Of a stretch of 64,000 bases of DNA, positions 40,440-54,000 are shown piece after piece. Below the pieces are notes generated by a model. That model made no database searches. It worked only from the letters and a program-made list of their open reading frames with translations, and was not told the DNA's origin. The translations under genes were made by a program, and so were the position numbers. Origin of the DNA: Octopus sinensis (lineage: Eukaryota); assembly GCF_006345805.1 (NCBI RefSeq), contig NC_043008.1, forward strand, positions 2,418,001 to 2,482,000, in the 5' to 3' direction. Every line of letters starts with the position of its first letter. Within the stretch, counting starts at the first letter, position 1.

Positions 40440-40729
40440 ACCAATTCCTCAACACAGAGAATGAATACTCGCTTATCGTTGCCAAAATTAAACACATATT
40501 TTTGTATAAGAACGCATTGTACTTAAAATATATTTCTGATCACTGAATTCGATTATTACAATAGTTCTGAACAGCCTAACTACACCAATTCCTCGACACA
40601 TTGAATGAATACTCGTTTATCTTTGCCAAAATTAAACATATATTTTTGTATAGGAACGCATTGTACTTAAAAGAAATCTCTGATCGCAATGAATTCGATT
40701 ATTACAATAGTTCTGAACAGCCTAACTAC
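40440..40729. repeat. ~144-bp tandem duplication, about 90% identical
   Basis: accaattcctc...gaacagcctaactac starts at 40440 and 40584. Confidence 0.95.
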
Positions 40730-40876
40730 ATTTTATTCGGTTTTCTAAATGGCATAATAAAAGAAAAATTATATCTGTTCAAGTGTTGCATTATTTCTGG
40801 TGGTAGAACAAGGTGAATCTTATGATAACTCTTTCACATGCAAGCAATTCAACATACGGAATTAAAAAAAAAAATC

Positions 40877-41042
40877 CACGAGTGGCTGTGTGGTAAATAG
40901 CTTGCTTACCAGCCACATAGTTACGGGTTCAGTCTCACTGCGTGGCACCTTGTGCAAGTGTCTTCTACTCTAGCCTCGGGCCGACCAAAGCATTGTGAGT
41001 GGATTTGGTACACGGAAACTGAAAGAACCCCGTTGTTTGTAT

Positions 41043-41084
<42 letters not shown>

Positions 41085-41318
41085 TGTGTGTGTGTGCATG
41101 CGTGCGTGCGTGCGTGTGTGTCTTTATTTCCCAACATCGCTTGACAACCGATGCTGGTGTGTTTACGTCTCCGTAACTTAACGGTTCGGCAAAAGAGACT
41201 GATTTAATAAGTACTAGGCTTACAAAGAATAAGTCCTGGAGTCGATTTGCTAGAATAAAGGCTGTGTTCCAGCATGGTCGCTATCAAATGACTGAAACAC
41301 CTAAAAGAATAAAAGAAT
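40877..41318 (+). mobile_element. tRNA-derived SINE, family A, full length
   Basis: A box tggctgtgtgg, B box ggttcagtctc, same body as 24106-24490, expanded internal (GT)n, tail taaaagaataaaagaa. Confidence 0.9.
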
Positions 41319-42389
41319 CTGATAATTTTTTTTATTTCAATTTAATTAGCTTTGAGTTAATAAAAACTATTTCTTAATATCTGATCTTTTAAATCACGAA
41401 AAGATACTACGTTCCTATTGCAGCAAATTTACATAAGTGACAATTTCATCGCCGATTTTTGAAGTACGCTGTGTGACTGTTACCGAAACTTATCTTTAGT
41501 TATCTTCAGTATTTGATATAATTAATTAAAACAATCTCGCCTATTCTCGCTTTATTCAACACCGCTTAATTATATCTAATTAGTTTTAACATGTTTGATT
41601 CACTAAAAATAAGTTTCGATTACAATCGTAAGTTACAATTGCTTTCCTACATTTCATAAACTTTACTGAAATAAATTTCATTATAATTTAAATTCAGTTA
41701 CTGTAGCTATTATAGAAGATAGCTATTATTGGCGGAAACGTAAATAAGATATGACAGCCTGTATGAAGAGAATGCAAAAAACCCAACGCAGTCGGAAATC
41801 TTTGAAGGGAATACTGTTACTTCTTAAAAGCACGCGATACATTATCCAATATAGATTGTAGACAACAGAGAATAACAATAGCACAACTGCTGGAAAACTG
41901 GCAAAGTTTGTACAAATTAGTTAACAGCAGAAGATTTGAGCATACGGTCCTTGTCCTTTTACTGCTGATCATCCAGAATACAGCAAAATCCAGAAATACA
42001 GTTAACCGAAAGAGAATTTCTATGACTTTTATAGAAAATGATTATTTTTTTCATTTTGACGTCAATCTAACTCTACTACATTACGAACAACAATCAAGGG
42101 AGTGCTGAATGAGTTAATTAATATTCATTGGTAAATAAAATTTTCTGTTTTTGATACCTGTGTAGATGAGTGTGTGTGTGCGTGTGCGTGTGTGCGTGTA
42201 TGCGTTTCTTGATAACACTAAACATATGAAGACACGTGTTTTTTTATTTATAAATTTGTATTCATAATGTATAAATTACATTCCCACACCCTGTTATTTA
42301 TGTGTGACTATGTATACATGCATGCCTTTAAATTTGCCTTTTTTCTATATATTTATTGAACAAAGCAACAGGCAATCAATTTCCAAAAC

Positions 42390-42428
<39 letters not shown>

Positions 42429-43149
42429 CATATATTTCAACAAGGTAAAGGATTATTGGTAGTGGTGGTAGCTGAGCATTAGATTGGCTAACGTATTATA
42501 CGGGGGGAAATTTTATAATTTAATTAGTATTTAATGAACTATTACAGTTCTCATTTTATATTTCCACATCAAATGTAACACAAAAGTACTTGGCAACTTC
42601 AAAGTTAGAGATAACGTCTGCTAAGCGGTATATAAATACGAAACCAGGAAAAAAACCATAGATGATAGGACATCTAATCGCGCTACATATGTTTCAGAAG
42701 CAGGCTGAGAATTTTATTCATTGTTACTATATTACTTCTAAGATTAGGCTTAGAACACGGCTGCTAATATAACAAAAATCGATTGCACAGCAAATTACAA
42801 CAGAGAGTCGTTTATGAAATACGTCAGCAACACTTCCTAATCTTAGGAGAGGTTAGAAAGATTATTCAGCCAATCAAATGGTTTGATGTTAACAACGACT
42901 CGTTGAAGTTCAAGATAAGATGTGTACGCATCGTAATAAATTTCGAGGCTACGATTTAAAATTTGATAATCGATGACCTCTCACCAGACACTGACCAATT
43001 AATAGACGCTACGCAAAATATTATGAGATTATAGGCACGTGATTATCAAGTTCATGAAAAATAAATACGTATCTAGTACAAACAAAAACAATTGGCAAAA
43101 ACTTTGGGGATATTAAAATTAATCAGAACAGCTATTTATATAAGATATA

Positions 43150-43195
<46 letters not shown>

Positions 43196-43367
43196 ACACA
43201 CAGACACATACAAACACACAAACACACACACATACACACGCATACACATGCACATACACAGGCATGTATATATATATATATTTATATATATATACATTTA
43301 TCTATCTATCAATCTATCTATCTATCTATATCTATATATATATACATACACACATGCATACATATAC

Positions 43368-43405
<38 letters not shown>

Positions 43406-44443
43406 GCATACATATATGAGTGTGTGTGTGTGTGTACATATACTTCAATAAATATTATTCACAAAAACACATTCTTAAATAAGCGTACACTTTCAGCCAC
43501 ACGCATGCCCATTCATGCATGTATAAATTCTCACTCCGTACAAAGATTCGTTTTAGAATACACTTAATACCATTAGTAATATACTCAATATTATCTAATC
43601 TTGGAATGTTTACTGGAATTTTGATGTTGCTAAATGTACTTTCGATAATAAAGTTTACATTAGTGTAATCTTTGAATTTAATTCCGATAATAAAGATTAC
43701 AAAGATTAGAAATAATTTTAAAACACATGTTTTTAACTTTGCAAACACCCCTCTCCTGATAACGATGAAATCAGAAATGTTTGAAACAAGAGAATAACAT
43801 CACGAAACATTCTTACTTGCAATCGTGATAGATGTAGGACTAATGTAAAGAAAATAATGACGTCTACGTACTCTTTACATCATGTAGGGACCATGATTAA
43901 TAAATAATCGATACTCTCGACAGTCCATGGAAACGCAGGTTCCTCGAAATTGTCATCATAATTCTGGTAAGTAAATGAGGAAAGTAAACAATACAAAGCA
44001 AACGGAGACAGCCTCATTTTGTTAACACTTAGCTTTGGATATGTTATTTACTGCGATATAAATAAAGGTTGTACTCTGTGTTCGGTACAGAAATAAAACG
44101 CCATCACCCAGACTCGTGCATTTTCATACTACCCTATATTTAACGCAGCCAATAGAGTATTTGCAATTAGTAATAGAAGGTTTAAGCGTATTCTCCAAAA
44201 TAAAGCAGGAGACATTACTACATATTTATCTAAATCTAAACTCTTATGAGATTATCATAGGAAGGTTGATTATGACTCCAGTATTGTGACTCGTAAAAGG
44301 GTTTTGCCTCACGTTGTAAGAAATAGCACAGCGTATATTTCAAATGAGTAACCTTGATATATATTAGCAATGAAAATGGTGATGAGATAATCACGAGTTA
44401 TTTCGCAAAAATGATGACGAGCATATGCATCAACTTGACTTAC

Positions 44444-44599
44444 CCTTTCACTTTATGTGTTGTAGCAAAAATGAAAGTAGATGTAAAATTGGCAGTGGTA
44501 CTTGCCAGGCGGATGTGCATGGCGAAGCTGGGAAATGCATGACAGGGATATAAACCAGGATACTGAAACGGATATTTGACGTTGCTGCAGTTCATTCAG
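44444..44599 (-). CDS. Candidate exon of an unidentified minus-strand transcript
   Basis: Acceptor aaatattttctacAG| and consensus donor AAGG|GTAAGT. ATG at 44595 opens MNCSNVKYPFQYPGLYPCHAFPSFAMHIRLASTTANFTSTFIFATTHKVK(G) up to the donor. No homology recognised. Confidence 0.25.
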
Positions 44600-45035
44600 C
44601 TGTAGAAAATATTTGCCACGTGACTGGTTCTAAGCTGTATCGCTTAGCCTTTCCCCTGGAAAAATTTCTTCTTACTTGTTAACTACTAGGTATATATTTT
44701 CATTGGTGATGCTAATTATCCCATGTAACCTGAACTCGTAAACGTGAATATCTTATCGGATAAACTTTTTACAAAGACAAGCTGTCCATTTTGTATATGC
44801 TTATACCTTGGCTAAATTCTTATTTACGTATTGTCAAGGGAATCAAATCTGTGGCTGCGCGTATGCGGTTCTACTAAGATGTGTTTATAGGAATGCTTAG
44901 ATTGATACATATATATGTATGTGTGCGTATGTGTGCCTGTGCATGTGAGTGTGCTTTTACATATTTCAGAGTGCAAACAAAATTACTTGTCACGTGGTTG
45001 TTCACACGAATTCCTTGTCTATGAGTTCTTGTTTG

Positions 45036-45083
<48 letters not shown>

Positions 45084-45740
45084 TACACACATATTTGTTG
45101 TTTTAGAAATTGCAAGTACTTGAGCACGTAAGAGTTGGTAATGAGGTTTTATATACGTACATTTAAATTAATATTGTTGCTATCGCATTCATAGAACAAG
45201 ATTTATTATTTCAATTTAACTAGAAAATATTGCACTTTTAAATATTTAAACTTTTTTTACATATCACTGCGCAAAAATATGTGCGCTTCTATATAAAATA
45301 CATATTTCAAATAACGTGTTAAATTTAACTTTATTTTGAAATCCAATTTTGTAATGTCGAGAATATTATATGCTATAGTGTTTTGAAAATTGTTGCTACT
45401 TTTTTCTGCGTTTATTAATCTTTATTGTATGTTAAATAAAATATCTTGAGCGGTTGACATAAATTGCTATCGATAAACATTATATCTTTGCCAAGTTTTT
45501 CGTGATAAAGATGACTACAGCATTTTACTGAAAAGGACTCTAATACTAACTTATAGGCGTTTGATTGGTCGACTGGTAGAGGAATAGGCAGATACATAGG
45601 CAGCATCATAGATATCGAATACAGCATATACACATATAACCATACAGCTGCGTACACAGAAAATGTGACATACGGGTATGTCATAGTTTCCGTTTGATTT
45701 TTTTTTATTTGATCCTGAATATATACATACATACACACAC

Positions 45741-45826
<86 letters not shown>

Positions 45827-46060
45827 CATACACTCTGTTTTAAATGACTTGCTGCGAGACTTGCATTCGGTACGATATGTTTATTTTGGTAGTTTTGACT
45901 TTAAGAGTCCCTCCTAGCGTGCGGCATTTATGTGTAATAATGCCCTCTATATAATATAAATAAATATATTCAAGTGGAAAAAATTTACAGATGTTTTCTC
46001 TTATGAGGTTTTTCACGCTAACTACTTGATAATTTCTTATGAAGATTTTATCCTATTTCT

Positions 46061-46110
<50 letters not shown>

Positions 46111-46237
46111 AGTAGTTGAATGAATTATCTTGTTATGGATAATTCAGTAACCGATACCTGGGTAGAAAATTCTCATCAGAGAAGACACGTTTGAAGTTAC
46201 GTGCTTACGTGTGTAAATTTGTATGTTTTTTTTTAAA

Positions 46238-46490
46238 TATAAATATATGAAATAATGGAGTTGAACAACGAATTAACAAAATTCCTTTATTTTCGTCATA
46301 TGTTCGAAGGCTGCATATTCATTATTGCGAAGGAATAAGGAGTATATTATGCCGCTTTCTCATCAGGAAAAGCGGCATAATATACTCCTTATTCCTTCGC
46401 AATAATGAATATGCAGCCTTCCAAACATATGACGAAAATAAAGGAATTTTGTTAATTCGTCGTTCAACTCCATTCTTTCATATATTTATA
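46238..46490. repeat. 253-bp palindrome (arms ~122 bp, about 5 differences, 7-nt loop TCATCAG/CTGATGA)
   Basis: Direct comparison of the two arms. Confidence 0.97.
46290..46371 (-). ncRNA. Damaged type I hammerhead ribozyme motif (PLE-type) inside the palindrome
   Basis: Minus strand: TTTTC-CTGATGA-GAAAGCGGCATA-[30 nt]-TATGCAGCCTTC-GAA-CATATG-AC-GAAAA. Stem I 5 bp, stem II 10/12 paired, self-complementary CATATG. One A of GAAA is missing and the triplet is GAC rather than GUH. Confidence 0.55.
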
Positions 46491-46606
46491 TGAATATATA
46501 TATATATATATATATAATATTAGGGTAATACGAATTATAGAAATTATTAATACCAGTAACCTAGCACAAAAAAATAGTCAATAGACTATATATTATTCAC
46601 ATAAAA

Positions 46607-46724
46607 ATATCGTGTACATTAGAATACATTAAGAGTCTTCCAAATAGGAAAGCCTTGTTTTCTACTGCTCTTTCTAGCACAAGGCTTTCCTATATGGAAG
46701 CCTCTTAATGTGTTCTAATGTACA

Positions 46725-46730
<6 letters not shown>
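46607..46730. repeat. 124-bp palindrome (52-bp arms, 3 mismatches, 20-nt loop)
   Basis: atatcgtgtacattagaatacattaagagtcttccaaataggaaagccttgt versus the reverse complement of 46679-46730. Confidence 0.95.
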
Positions 46731-46768
<38 letters not shown>

Positions 46769-47944
46769 TATTATATATATATATATAATATATATATATA
46801 TACATATGCATGTACTTGTCTGTAGTGTGCTAGTACATGGCGCCTTCTCTTATGTAATGGGCACAAAATAATTCAAATATAGGTATATATGCGGCATAGA
46901 ATGCAGTAAAGCTAACACTATTTTAGATAACAGAAATTGAACATGGAGCAAGATATGTAAATAATTGTGAGATATCATTGTGTATCCGTCAGGAAAACCT
47001 CTTTTTGGTAATGTCCGATAGATCAACTGTTCTAAGAGCAACATGTCATTCTTCATGTGTGATATAGGTTGTAGGACGAGAAATGAAGCTGCATAATTTT
47101 CAACGCAATAGCAAACAGGTTTCAAAATATATTCCAAATGCATGTATGCCAATTCTTCCTTTCCTCGTTTATGAGAGACGGATTAACAGATCTATAAAAC
47201 ATGGTATCTTTGGAGTATCTTCCCACACCTAAGTACAAACTTCGCCGCCGCCTTCACTGCTTGTAGAGTAAATCAATCGCCTGGATTTAACACTATGATC
47301 TGGCAACGCACGTGCCATTAGAAGCATTCAAATCAGGTATCCATTCTGATGAGGCATGGCTACGTTCTACTCTCCCTCACCCCCCCAACCTCCCTTTTCA
47401 CTTAACGCCGTAAGGAAACGAATCGTCATCGACAAGGCTATCAAAACAGTCGCCACTTTGGAGCCATTGCATTTAGCTAAAAAAAAAAAATCGGCTACAG
47501 ACCTATAAATAGAACTCCAACATCAAATTTATAAATTTTAAATTGCTTGAGAAGTTTTCTTTAGTCAGAGATATTTTTGGTGTTAGCCGCACAGTATCTG
47601 ACATAATTATCTTTCATCGTTCTTTTCACCTCATCAAACTCTGCGCTATCTCTTTCATCACTTTATAATTAACATTTTTATTATCGACTTGTTTCAAATT
47701 TCTTACATACTTTTTACCACCTTATTCGTTAGAATCCGTTTGTTGTCAGTAACACGTTATCATGTTTCTATTATCGTATGATCTACATTTGTCCTACAGT
47801 TTAAATTAATATATAATTAGATAATAATTAAACAACTAGTTAATATATAATTTTTTTTTTTAATAGATCTGAAATAGTGCGATATTCGAAAACTATTAAG
47901 ATGAAGAGTAGTGTGATTATGCGGCAGATGATTATGGAGTTAAT

Positions 47945-48070
47945 TGAAACATGAAGGAGGTGGTCATTGTATAGTACAGGCAGTGCTGGACGCATGGGTA
48001 GAGAACTGTTTGCGGTGGAAGCGAATTTGGATGTATCAGATTCATTTTCTATACGTATCTTACGGCTTCA
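47945..48070 (+). mobile_element. Possible highly degenerate Tc1-type transposase fragment
   Basis: KHEGGGH.IV then, after a frameshift, GSAGRMGRELFAVEANLD, weakly similar to Tc1 KHGGGS.MVWG...G.GEL..V.G.LN. Confidence 0.25.
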
Positions 48071-51000
48071 TAACACGGGCGGACATCATGCTGAAGGCCA
48101 ACATGAGCAAAGTTTGACGCAGGGTCATCAAGAATGGAACCGTCTTTATAAGTTAGAACAACGATGATCTGATTTGGGGTGGTTGCTTAGACTTTTATTA
48201 ATATGGCAGCTATGGTTAGCTTCTACACCTAAATAGAGATAGTTGTAGAAAAGTGTATATCTGTCACAGATCCATATGTGTGTTTTGAGATGTATAAACT
48301 CTTAGGATGTGTAAAATAAGGAACTTTCTGCTGGCCTGATCAATATTTTGATGTTCCTCACCACCTACTCTACGATATATCCTGTCATATATCACTGTTG
48401 ACTCTACACATTATCCTTGAAGTTCAATGTGTTATTATGCAATTACTTCTGTGTTGCATAATTTCCTCCGTCAGCTGAAGCGATATTACATTTAAGTTAT
48501 GATATTATATGGAGCTGGTTGTATACTCACTGCTAGAGAACTAAAAAAAGGTATTCATTGTATTCGTGGGACGCAGTAGATTCAAGCTTGTATAGCACCG
48601 CCAATGAACGAATTTCATTTGAAATTATCGCAATTGTTTCAAAAATAAATATGATTGCTTAGCCATGTTGTATTCCTTTCGCTTAAGCTAGAACTATATC
48701 ATTCGTTATATTTCTAAAATCTAATGATAATGCAACAATGCAACAGCGAAGTGCTGGAACCAATTTTCTACTCTATGCATTTTGTCTATAGAGAGGCGAC
48801 GCTGATTTGCGTCTTTAAAAAGAGATTCCTTGATATCTTGTATACGGGTGTATTACCTGTCGATTTCACATTACGTAGAAATTGATATATTTCCTTCAAT
48901 CTTTACAAAGTAACTGGTATTGGATAATTAATTTCTACAAATGTGCGCAGATTGTTTTATCTAATTTGATGCGTCTATATAAATGCAGAGGTTTATAAGC
49001 ATGTATGTATGAAAGTGTGTAATGCATGTTCGTATGTAAGTAGGCATATATGTACGTATACAAGAAAGTGAATGTGTATGTGCGACATTATAGCATTTGT
49101 ATTTTGTGAACTCTCTCTGAAAGGAAACATGTCATTTCTAAGATAAATCGAATTCCTCCATTGAGAGATGCATGATTGAATGAATGATTTTTCAGTTTGA
49201 TTAGTATTGTATTCTTAATGGGCGTTGTTACCTGTTCTCTGCCTTTGTCTGAAAATTGCAGATTTTGCAATATCCATATTTGAACAATATTAATAAACGC
49301 AATGACACCCAAAATTATTCACATATATAATCGCGGAGAGATCCAGAATTCTTAATGACTATACCAAACCTGGCGCGTTAAATAGTCGTAAAGAAGTGTT
49401 CTATAATTGTGTCCACTTCAAGCGCTACCTATTAGAAAATTGGATCCTTGCGTTTGCTGATTAGGGTTCTTTGCAACCATAAGGGTTGTTTTATTCTCTG
49501 GTTCAGGGAAGACAACCCGTCCTCATTAAACATTTTATATATCGATTGCTGCGAAAAGTTAACATTTTTTGTCTTAGTAAAGACTCCGACGAGCTGTCCG
49601 CAAGGCCGTGGCTTCAGGATACAAAACTTTTGATAACTCTCCCTCCATGATTTAAATTTTTGTTGAAATATGTATGCGTTTGTGTGAATGCACCAGCGCT
49701 GCATTCGCGCGTGCGTGTGCATGCGTGAGAGTGTGTGTATTCGCCTGAGCTTGTGTATGCATATGTAGGTGCATGTCTATATGCAAATGGATGCAGACAG
49801 AAAGAGTAACAATTATAGTTTCCATGATGCGAATGTATAGACGTATAACAAAGCAGGTACGCATTTCTATACCTAAGCAACGAGTTCATATCAAATCTTT
49901 AGAAGTAAATAAATAAAAAAATGAATAAACAAATAAATCGAACCAAATCTTTACATCAGAGATGACAAAGCATTTGATATTAGAGTAAGAATTGTCTGAA
50001 ACAAATTTAAACTTGTTAGCGCTGTTTCACATTTGATCATTAAGAACGAGTACTTTAATCTTTTTTACAAAGTCTTTCTTTTATCTTCAAATTCAATTTC
50101 TACATCTGCGTATATTTGACAAAAGTGTTCCTATATTGTACAAATGCATGCAACAAATTTTCCTCGAAATATATGCATCTGCAAAGAGTCCATAATGTTC
50201 TAGAAATCTAAATTAACATATTATTATATGTGGAACTGGTCGGTTAGCCAGAACATATAGCAAACATTCCATGACAGAATTAATTTAAGAGTAAATATAT
50301 GACAAGAGTGGAACGAATGATATTGTAAAATATGTTCGACGAAATACTGAATTTAGCAAGAGGTTAATTACAAACAATATCGAATGTCTCTATATCATCG
50401 ACATAAATTTAGTAGACACGTACGGTTAATTATAAAAAAAAATTATCCTGATTAATTGATATAACACACGGCAACACATTACGCTGTTTGGCATGTTTGA
50501 AAATTTGAGCTCTGCCCCTTCCTTTTTGATGAAAATATTACAGTAGTCTGTTAGGCGGCAAGCTGGCAATATCTTTATTGACCTTTCATATGTCTTTACA
50601 TTCTGAGTTCAAATTGCGGAGAGGTCGGCTTTGATTTGTTACCAGCAGAGTGGGTGCATGTAATCAAGTAAACACTGCGCTAAAATTTCAGGCCTTGTGC
50701 CTAAAGCACAAATGATTTTGTAGTAGTCTCTGCTTCTCAGAGCGATGTCAACTCCTGCCAACGTAGGACGCTCTGGGGTATTCTTTATTAACATGATGCC
50801 CCAAGTACCACCCTATCCCGTCACTTCAGCTGCATTAACCTGTATCGGGAATCGTTCATTTAAAGGCGATTGCTACTTAGACATTACTTTGCTACCTGAA
50901 AATATTTTTGTCGGAATTCGTCGATACGCTGTTGCAGAAGACAAACATCAAACACATGAATGTTCATGCGAATGACTATGATTTACACACACAGTTTTAT

Positions 51001-54000
51001 AACAAAAATTAGCTGAATAAAAATAGACCAAGAAATCAAATCATTATTTCAGGAACCTATTTAGAAATAATGTCAAAACCAACAGACAATAACTGTAGAT
51101 ATTATCTTTTACGGCAATGAATTAATTTAAAATGATTATATATATATATATATTTATATATATATAAGAGTGCAAACACACACACACATATGTATATATA
51201 TATGACACTGCTACTGCTGCGACTGTGTCTCTTGCTTTTTTTTCTCTCTCTCTCTCATATATATATGTGTATGTCTATGTGTGTGTGTATGTGTGCCTAT
51301 GTATATATTTGTATATATTTATATATTTGTATATATACACGTATGTTTGTATGTATGAATGTTTGTACACAGGTGCCTATTGATTTCACTGTTATTGATG
51401 TAGAGCAGATACTCTGTGTTGTCGATGAAGGTAGTACTTACATGGTCAACATTTATTTCGTTACTGCCAGGGATTTTCAAGCTAAATTCGTAGTTACCTT
51501 TTTTTACCGAACATTGCGTTCACCCATATCCTTCATTGATTTAACAGCAGTCTAGAGAAGTAAGTCATTCGAATGTTAACCTGGCCAAACAGTTTACCTT
51601 ATACAGTGCAGCTTCGATGGAATTAACTCTGGAATGTGAACTGTGCGGAAAAAGACATATGGACAATATAAACGAGCATATTAGATAATATATTTGGAGT
51701 TGAAAAATATACAGTATTTTTTTATTGGTTGATATTACATATGAAATTGAGTTTGTTGGTATTTCGCTGAATAAATTTTGTTATTATTACTATTGATAGT
51801 TATAATAGTATGAAGTGCAGAAGTGTTCCATTCTATTTTAATACATCCACGTAACACACTTCAACAATTACAGTTTCTTCTCCACATTCATAAATACATT
51901 TTCTGTATTTGTTTTGCAGCTGGTTATTTTAATCAACTAACCGATACGCCCACAATGTATATTGAAGCAACACTCGACGAACAACGAAATAACAAGCCTG
52001 TTTACAATGATGATTTAAGATGCAAATTATTGCCATGAAATTATTTACTCGTAAGTTTAGTACAGGAATATATAAATTTAAAACAAAATGCAAAGCATGA
52101 CCAGACCATAACAGATAAATTTTTGAACGTTGAATTAACTCAGAGTACAAGAAAGTTCAAATATGATTTGTTATGAAACAAAACAAACCAAATTATGAAT
52201 ACAGGAACGGGAATCGGAAAAGAAAAGAGAAGAAGTCATAGTTTGATGATGAGATAAAAGGAAACGGAGATACGTTTCAGACTACGATTCGATAGAAACT
52301 CAAAAATAATTTTGATGGTTTTTCTTCAGTCCCCCGCATTTTGCCTCAACTTGAGTTTTCTGCATACGGTAATCTCATGAATAATCTTCTTTAAATCAAC
52401 ATTAATTTCGTCAATAATTGATATTATCATACATATACAGAATTATTGAAAATATACACTTACGTACAAACATACTATCATGCATAAATTTATTGTCGAC
52501 TTGTGATATAAAAGAATATTTATTATCAAACATAAGTGGAAAAGCATGGAACTACCACATTAATAACATACTTCTGTACTTCTATTTTTAGCATATGAAA
52601 GGAAATTGTACCGTCTCCAATGTTAGTGAAGTTTATATGTACAAACATTGTTAAACATAACAGTGTTATTTGGAGATGGGTACTTCAGATCAGATTAACT
52701 CACATATTGTTGCAGTCGCAGATGCTCAATAGAAGAGATGTGGAAGTGTAGATAATGAGGTTGGTGCTATTGTTTGTGCCCTATAAAGCCAGTGGTTTGG
52801 TTGGTATCGGGAATATGAGATTCCTCTCGAACGTCAACCGTTTTTGTTCTTTTTTTGAAAGTTTTAAATGCCAAAAATATATATTCAGCATGACGAACAC
52901 ATATTTACAAGACTTAGTTATGTTGTTCTGCTATAGCTATGCATAAACGCGCGCATGCACACGCGTGCACACACACACATGCACACACACACATACACAT
53001 ATAGAAATACGCACACTCATACATGCGTGCACGTGTACAAGTTTATTGTCGCTTTACAGAGGACGAACAAGTACGTATGTTTCTGTATATCTCTGTATGT
53101 AACAACTTGTGGTTGTGGATGGATGTAAATGTGTATGAATGGAGAGATTGATGGATGGAGGGAGATAGGAAGGGAAGCATAAACGGATGGGATAAGGAGT
53201 GCGTATAGATGCGTACATCTATGAATACAAGCGTTTGCTGATATGCATGATAATATATATATCTTTGTTATATTGCTTTTCATTTATCCCTGTATACATT
53301 TCAGGGGATAACTGTAGAAGATAAATACAACACTATCCAATGCGACCAAATTTAATTTGGGCATCACAAATGATATTATAAATGACTTCCGAAGAGAGAT
53401 TATGTTGGAAGCAATTGACGATGGAAGGCATATTTCATTCCAGAAATGTTGATCAGTTCTCAAATACAAATTGTGATAAATCAAATGCTAGAAACGATAG
53501 TTCTCAGAATCATCTTGCGGCGCAGATAAAGTAAAACAAATGCCAGTTTTTCTCCATATGTAGATATTTTATCTTGAATGATCAATTCCATTCCGATATC
53601 AAAGAGAATTTATTCCATAAAATTGTTCTCGTGTTGTATTCCACGAAATACGCAATATGTGATGTTGCATGTTATGGAATATAAGGCGGGACTTTAGATG
53701 GTTAAGATGCTAATGTTGAGTCAGAATGAATGTAAATGCTGCTATTTCTGGTGTTCCAATATTGCCTATCGACTTCTGTATCACTTGGTGGAAGATTGAT
53801 GGCGTTCGGGATAGTGATTGTCATCTATTTGTAATGATGATTGAGGTCAGCTGTACTTGAAAATTCGACAGCTATTTTATCATCAATTAATATATCAGTG
53901 ACTTAGTCAAATGTGATGATAAGTAACACGTAATAGTACATAGATTAATGCAATATTGTACATTTAACATAAATGGATAACACCAGAGTGTCGTTAACGA

